DNA from: Laetmonice hystrix
Lineage: Eukaryota
Assembly: GCA_965235115.1 (NCBI GenBank)
Contig: OZ249436.1
Span: 62,186,001 to 62,250,000, forward strand
Direction: 5' to 3'
DNA: 64,000 nucleotides
Positions 48,231 through 64,000 of this stretch are shown here, piece after piece; position 1 is the first letter of the stretch; the number at the start of each line of letters is the position of its first letter. Under the pieces are notes generated by a model that was given only the letters and a program-made list of their open reading frames with translations, was not told the origin of the DNA and did no database searches. The translations under genes were made by a program, and so were the position numbers.

Positions 48231-49526
48231 AGTAGATGTTTGGAGCCTCAAATTATGGAGGCCAGCTCTGGGTGTTGAAGTAGACCTGCACACGCAAACA
48301 ATGTTTTCCATTTTTGATATTTCTACACACCTCATGGTTGAAAGATACTGGCGCCTGTTAAACTGTTGTATCAGGACACTTGGTACGCGAATTCCTGCTG
48401 ATGTTAAAATTCTTGTCTTATTGCTGTTAAAAGTTGACTTACAGTAACCATTGATTTCTTAATTACCCCGGTAAATTATTCTGAGGCATACATGGGCAGA
48501 GTGAGAGTGGCACCGAGTTAAAGCATTAAGCAACCTCTGATGCCACTAGAGCAGTCGCATGTTGCTCATGGGAGTCATGCACTGTTCCTCAGATCCCCCC
48601 CGTATTTGTCAATCACATAATAAGTGTTGTACAGGGCAATTTAAATGTAACATTAGATACGATAAGGTCTGGAGACAAAACGTACCTGCACTTAGCTTCC
48701 ATTCAACATTCTATTTTGCAGAAAAAAGGAAGTAAATACATACACTGTATGCCAATATCTAAATGCCAGGTGCTTTATTTCACATAGGTTAAATCTACCC
48801 CTAAATACACCTCGTTCACAACCTGTATTTAACGTTAGGTTACCTGACCCATTGACTGAAAACATTAACTGACTGATAAGCCGTTCACAGTAAGACCCTA
48901 GTTAAAGGTGTCCATGAAGGTTGGTTATGTTGTTAATGAACCCTTGAATCTCTGACATTGGATACACTAAATCTAAAGGCCTATTAAATCGAACCTCATC
49001 AGCACTTTGCATATATTACACTTATATTGCGAAATACACTTATCCTGTTTCAATTTGGAAACAATATTTAGTTGATGTGTACACTTAGATAAAATTCTGG
49101 ACCCAACTCCAGCTTTCATACTTGCTCGAATCAGAAACTGCCCCCCCCCCCCCCTTTACGTATAGTGATTCACAATGTTTCCATACTCCTGGCACTATAA
49201 TACAAATATGATGTATCTACATGTCTATATACAAATACAATGTACATTACTTGGAAGTGGTCCACTGTAATATCTCACACACATATTGTACATGGCTAGC
49301 CAGCCTTTTCACAATATCACACGTCACGGTCATTAAGGCAGTGAAAATGAACAAATTCTTCTGATGCAGTTGTGCTGCTTTTGGCAAATCAAAAAGTTCT
49401 ACATACGCATGAGCTATTACCGGTACTAGATTGCTTTAGCCATCGACAAGCACGTTTATGCAAGGTGATACAGTATTCACATACATTTTTAGAATTTTAG
49501 CAACAAGGAGTAACTTAAACAATCGG

Positions 49527-49950
49527 AGACTATAATCTCGTTTCAATGACTCCAAAATTCAGACATGTGCTGTTAGGTTAGATAAGGCCTTAAGATTACG
49601 TAACTACAGAAATGGAGAAATCTTATGCAATTCAACATTTCAGTTGCCTGTTGTTGCTATAAGGCGCTCCTCTTATGGCTGGTTGTTGAGAAAAACAGCC
49701 AATGAAATTCATCCGTTCATCGCCCGATGAATTTCATTGGTTGTTAAGTCAATGGCAGGTCAACGTTTTTTCCAACAACCAGCCATGAGACGATCGCTTC
49801 ATAGTGACAACAGGCATCTGAAATGTTGAATTTCATTAGATTTCTTCATTTCTGTGAGTATACATGTATACATGTACATTTATTGATATATGTAGTCTAA
49901 CCTAACAGCCCATGTCTGAATTTTGGAGTCATTGAAATGAGAGATAGTCT
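49527..49950. mobile_element. Foldback (long palindromic) element
   Basis: Nested inverted arms, e.g. tttcaatgactccaaaattcagacatg(t/g)gctgttaggttaga and its complement, centred near 49715-49730. Confidence 0.85.
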
Positions 49951-50432
49951 GATTAATTATGGTAAGTAAGTTTTCTATTCAAACTGTACTTGTTGGAATG
50001 TCGTTCTGATTAATGATCTACACATTACAGTGTGCCTTGGTCTGCATGTGTCCGCACAACTCCTAGTATCCCCAGGTCTCCCGTGTCAATCATTTAATGA
50101 AGACGCCAATCCCAATAATATACCGTTAGTTTTTTCTTTTTACTTTTCCGTGACATGAACTACAAAACTTAGAAAAATGAAAAACTTTCTAAAGATACTT
50201 TGTTTTACATTTTCCGATAATCACCAGATACAGTCTGCCAAGATTCAAATGTGATTAGCCCTAATGGAGCAAAGGCATATGTGTGGTAGAGGATTGTCGT
50301 CGGCAAGCCTCTCATGCTCCTTTCTTTAGTTCCAGTATGTATACATGTAGAGGCAACATACCAACATTTGAAAGTTAATCCAATCTGCAACCCACTAAAG
50401 GTAGCACATTCCCAGTTTTCTTTCATCCCTAA

Positions 50433-50762
50433 AGGAGCCCCGTCAATTCAAAGCCAAAAAATCGAGCCCCTCTCATATTAAACAACCTAGCTTTACCTGC
50501 AATCTCGTAATAAATTGGAAGCAAAACAACTGCGCTGCATGTAGTTGTAATACGGAGCAGCGTGTGCCATCAGTAATAGCCTTCCTTCGCTTCACGCAGC
50601 CACGCCGGTTTACCATGGATGTGGTTTGTAAACTCAACGGACCATGCTCGGGTGACTGAACTTGGAATTTTCTTACATTTTTTGATCGCCATATTTAAAT
50701 ATCATGTTGCTAAGGATGGAATGAGGTACATTTTATACTTGGGAGGAATTGACGGAGTCCCT
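50433..50762. mobile_element. Kolobok-like MITE
   Basis: ctaa|aggagccccgtcaatt ... aattgacggagtccct|ttaa. Confidence 0.65.
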
Positions 50763-51669
50763 TTAAGAATTATTAAATGTTTGATTGCTTGCAGATTTCA
50801 TCGGACGACCTTCAACATGGAACATAAGCTTATAATTTAATGCTTAACAAGTATAGTATGATATAAATTGTCCTTACAGCCTGCATTATATGCAATAATC
50901 TCTGCTGAATAATAGAAGGGTATTGATAACATCAACACTCAATTATAGTGTATTCACAACACCTTTTAAAAAGTCCTACTAAGTATGTCAGCCGATCTTT
51001 TCATGATATGAACATTCCCTTCATATTCTTCCGAAATTTAAATCTCTGATCAGTACTTCTTCTTTTAACTACTACTGTCTAGCCATAAATAAATTTCTTT
51101 TTATTAGTGTATCATAGATATGACAGAATAAAGTTGACTAAGAAATCAACTTATACACTTCGGCCCTTCCCATATTCTAAGGTTTCATTCGCCACTTTGG
51201 GTTCCCACTTCCTGTGGATAAGTTAACATTGATTTTATAATACTGACTGCAATTACAGAATAAGACAGTATATTCTAGCTATTATTTTTCATGATTCATG
51301 GTATAATAAAATCTGTAGGCTACGACTCTTCTGTCATGAAAAAAAATCTCATGAGATGAGAAGATCTGTATGAATACCAAACCAATGATCACTGGGGTTT
51401 TACCCCCGGTAATGCATGGCCATTGCTATCTGCAGGCCGTCTGGGGTCCAACACTTGCACCGGAAAATATTCAGAGGTTGGTGGGGCAGACCAAAGCAGA
51501 AAGAGGATGAAGCAGGCTGAAATATATTCACTGTTGCAGGGTACTAAACCAGATGCCGAGGGCCCAATGCTCCCCTGCTCGGCTTGAGAATTGGGAGGGC
51601 ATATGTACCCCCCCCCCCTTGACCCTAGATTCCGGTAACATGGCGAATGCAAAATAATGGCAGCATCAC

Positions 51670-61479
<9,810 letters not shown>

Positions 61480-61599
61480 CTTACACAGACCTTTTGGCTT
61501 AGATTCAAATGATACAGTTAGTGGCAAGCTTTTAAGCCAGTCTGTTCGCTTTTGTGATGTTGCTGTCAACCGATCCTCGAATGTCTTTGACTCTTTCAC

Positions 61600-61900
61600 C
61601 GATCACCATCTCTCCGGCGGCAAGTCAGCACAGCAGAAGCCACGTCACAGGGCTTCAATTATTCACCGTTATCTTCTGAAATCCTAGTTAAATTGCATCA
61701 AAACGACAATCTAAAAAATTCTTGAATGTCTTGAAGGATGTAGCCTCATATATCAACCTATAAATGGCGTGTCAGTCCGCAAAAACCGTAAACATCGAGC
61801 CCAAACATTCAGACCGGAATTCCCATCCCTTACGTAGCCTTGTGTGAGTACGCAGGCGTAAGAGGAAGTGGTAGAAAATCTTGACCAATATGGCGGCGAC
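61600..61900. promoter_or_regulatory. SLC30A5 promoter, probably bidirectional
   Basis: CpG-rich, upstream of SLC30A5 exon 1. ETS-like aggaagtg (~61863) and YY1-like atatggcggc (~61888) point to plus-strand transcription. Confidence 0.5.
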
Positions 61901-62517
61901 CATGAAAGTTGACTCGTGTCGCTGAAGAAGGTGAAAAACGCAACATTTCTCTTACTCTGAAAGTTTGAAATTTCTCGTTCTGAACTGCGCCGTAAAGCGG
62001 AAGGTGGTTTAATCATAGATGGGTATTATGAGCAGAGGAAATGTATTATTAGATGCTTGTATGTGCACGTCAAATGGGGTGTCGTTGCCGCTGAAATTAA
62101 TCATGGACGTTCTCCATTCTATCGTCACCATTTTGTAGGACTTGATTCGTTTGGTTCATGGTCAGATTCTGGTTTCTTGATGTGCATGCAGTTCATGATA
62201 TTGAACAGGTTTGTGTTCAGAATGACATGAAATAGAGCAGGTTATTCTATTGTTCCAATGGAAATTTGCCTTCCATGGTGAAGTTTCAGAACGGTAACTA
62301 CCTAGATCTAACTGAACGGGTTCAACTGAACACACGGAAATTAGAAAACACGAGGGGGGCACCCCCACCATGCTCACCCTTACTGCCAAGTAGGGCCTAC
62401 GGGCCTCAGACTAACACTAACAGTAAAGTCAGGTTTTACTAGAGTTTAGTACGTTGTGAGGCAATACCTATGTCACATGCTAAATAAAATGTGAAAATTT
62501 GGTAGGTGTCTTGATGG

Positions 62518-62897
62518 CTCGCCAGTCGTTTCGGCCGCCTGCCAGTTCGGCCGCCCGTAGATCTATATTGTAGTGACCAGCTTCACCGCGGGTCACTGCC
62601 GCGGTGCTACTGGTCACTCAATCGGCCGCCTCTCGAAATCGGCCGCCCGTAATAACCTACAGACGATCAGGCTTTGCACGCAGCACCCCCCGGCTCTGCC
62701 GTCGGAGCCGCCCGCGGGACTAAACTATCACTAACCCTAGGCCTAACCTTAACATTAACTCTTCTGGTCGGGTACGGCCGCCCGTAATTTACGTGCGGCC
62801 GACTTCGAGCGGCGGCCGATTTCGATATAGGCCCCTACACCCTAACGTTAACCATACGGGCGGCCGAACCGGCAGGCGGCCGAAATGGACGCACACC
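62518..62897. mobile_element. MULE-like MITE (9-bp TSD)
   Basis: TCTTGATGG duplicated at 62509-62517 and 62898-62906. Subterminal inverted repeats tttcggccgcctgcc(a/g)gttcggccgcccgta. Confidence 0.7.
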
Positions 62898-62967
62898 TCT
62901 TGATGGAGGTCATCGGTGCTCTCCATGATTGCCTTCATAGTTGTGCATATTTCCATTTATCTCGTCG

Positions 62968-63160
62968 CAGTGGTTATTCTGCTGTCAGATGGCAGAATAA
63001 ATAAATTAGTTCTACTTATTACCGACATGAAACAATATGTTTGGATTAGGGTTAAGGTTAGGGTTAAGCGTTAAGTTAAGGTTAGTTTAGTCCCAAAATT
63101 GTTAATTAGGCACCAATTAGATCATCTGCTATTCTGCCGTCAGACATCATGATCTAATAA
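62968..63160 (-). mobile_element. Inverted copy of the 28377-28617 MITE family
   Basis: Reverse-complement similarity, including ttagggttaagg tracts and ctattctgccgtcagacatc. Confidence 0.7.
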
Positions 63161-64000
63161 CAATCCAGGGGCCTGTTTTACTAAAGAGTCGAAAATAACG
63201 ACTGAAAATTTAACATAGAAGTGAATGGGTTGCTAGGTCGAGAATGACAACCTAGCAACCATTCATAAGAGATGCCACTCTTCCACTTTTTAATGGAATT
63301 CCACTTTTTCCCTCAAAAATGTTTTTTTTCCCTATAGATATTACAAATAAAACTTATCTTCCTGCAATTCAAGTGTATCAGGACTTATAACGTTAGGCCT
63401 ATATCACGTACATACTACTGGTTCCCATCCTAATGGATGGCATCTGCATCTACCCAGCCTCTCCCCGAGAGCCTGCCCCTGGCTGTCGGTGGGACGGGCC
63501 ATCGAGCGCTGCCATGCCGGCCTCAGCTGCCCTTCAGCCTGTAGACCTGTTCCACTATTTTCCACTTTTTAGTGGAACTTGGCAGTAGTTAACAGTCTAG
63601 CAAAATAGTGGCATACGGGCAAAACGGCTGCTTGTTGCTGATTGGTCCAAAATGATTTGGATCGTTGAACCAGTGATAGGAATCCAATCTCTCTTTAATC
63701 GTGAATGAAGACGCAATCAGTGAAAAACTTCAAGGGTTATACTGAGTTTAGCTTTATTTCCACCAGATTCGAGAAATATTTTAACGCCAGTTGTTTAATG
63801 GGCCGCCATGCGCAGTGTTTTACCACTAGTTGGTGTAACACTTATGGAGAAGTGGCGCTACCAGAGCATGGCAGGGTTACCAAACGGACGTTGCATCAAC
63901 GATTCCCCCCCCCCCCCCGTCTGCCTTTGCCGGATAACTTATTTATGCCCAGAGGTGTTCGGGTGACCACTTGTAGGTGTTATTGGTGTGGTAACCCCCA

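Noticed and set aside
48506-48518. 13-nt identity (agtggcaccgagt) to the SpCas9 tracrRNA/sgRNA 3' hairpin
   Set aside because: Too short, no other scaffold sequence, and no cas genes or repeat-spacer array; chance match.
62750-63100. Telomere-like taaccc/ttaggg tracts (also at ~28510-28545)
   Set aside because: Degenerate and confined to MITE interiors; not an interstitial telomere array.
63410-63570. GC-rich stop-poor segment with possible exon boundaries on minus
   Set aside because: No recognisable protein in any frame and a weak acceptor.

Overview
Intron-rich eukaryotic genomic DNA with GT-AG introns and no rRNA, tRNA or CRISPR. Gene content and repeat types suggest a bilaterian invertebrate (inference), and there is one 128-N gap. 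Genes reconstructed by hand: an isolated 5' exon of a signal-peptide/LRRNT protein (LGR- or Slit-like, minus, 9.9-10.3 kb); a GLRX2-like glutaredoxin with a monothiol CSYS site (minus, first exon not found); a C18orf32/UPF0729 exon (minus) head-to-head with a 2-exon LYSMD3-like gene (plus); mitochondrial CLPX (minus, 9 core exons plus a candidate cassette exon); an unnamed gene with one PAH-like domain, an NLS-like motif and a PLDLS motif (plus); and a 16-exon SLC30A5/ZnT5 (minus). Introns and intergenic DNA hold many non-autonomous DNA transposons (Kolobok-, piggyBac-, Tc1/mariner-, Harbinger-, hAT- and MULE-like termini), several of them nested. There is also a 5'-truncated non-LTR retrotransposon with a nearly intact RT and a hairpin-bearing dimeric satellite. 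Best leads: (1) a phase-compatible C18orf32-glutaredoxin fusion resembling yeast Grx6/7 in architecture, (2) the PAH+PLDLS putative corepressor adaptor, (3) a set of MITEs with 6-bp target-site duplications. Exon models come from reading splice sites and recalled homology, not from transcript data.
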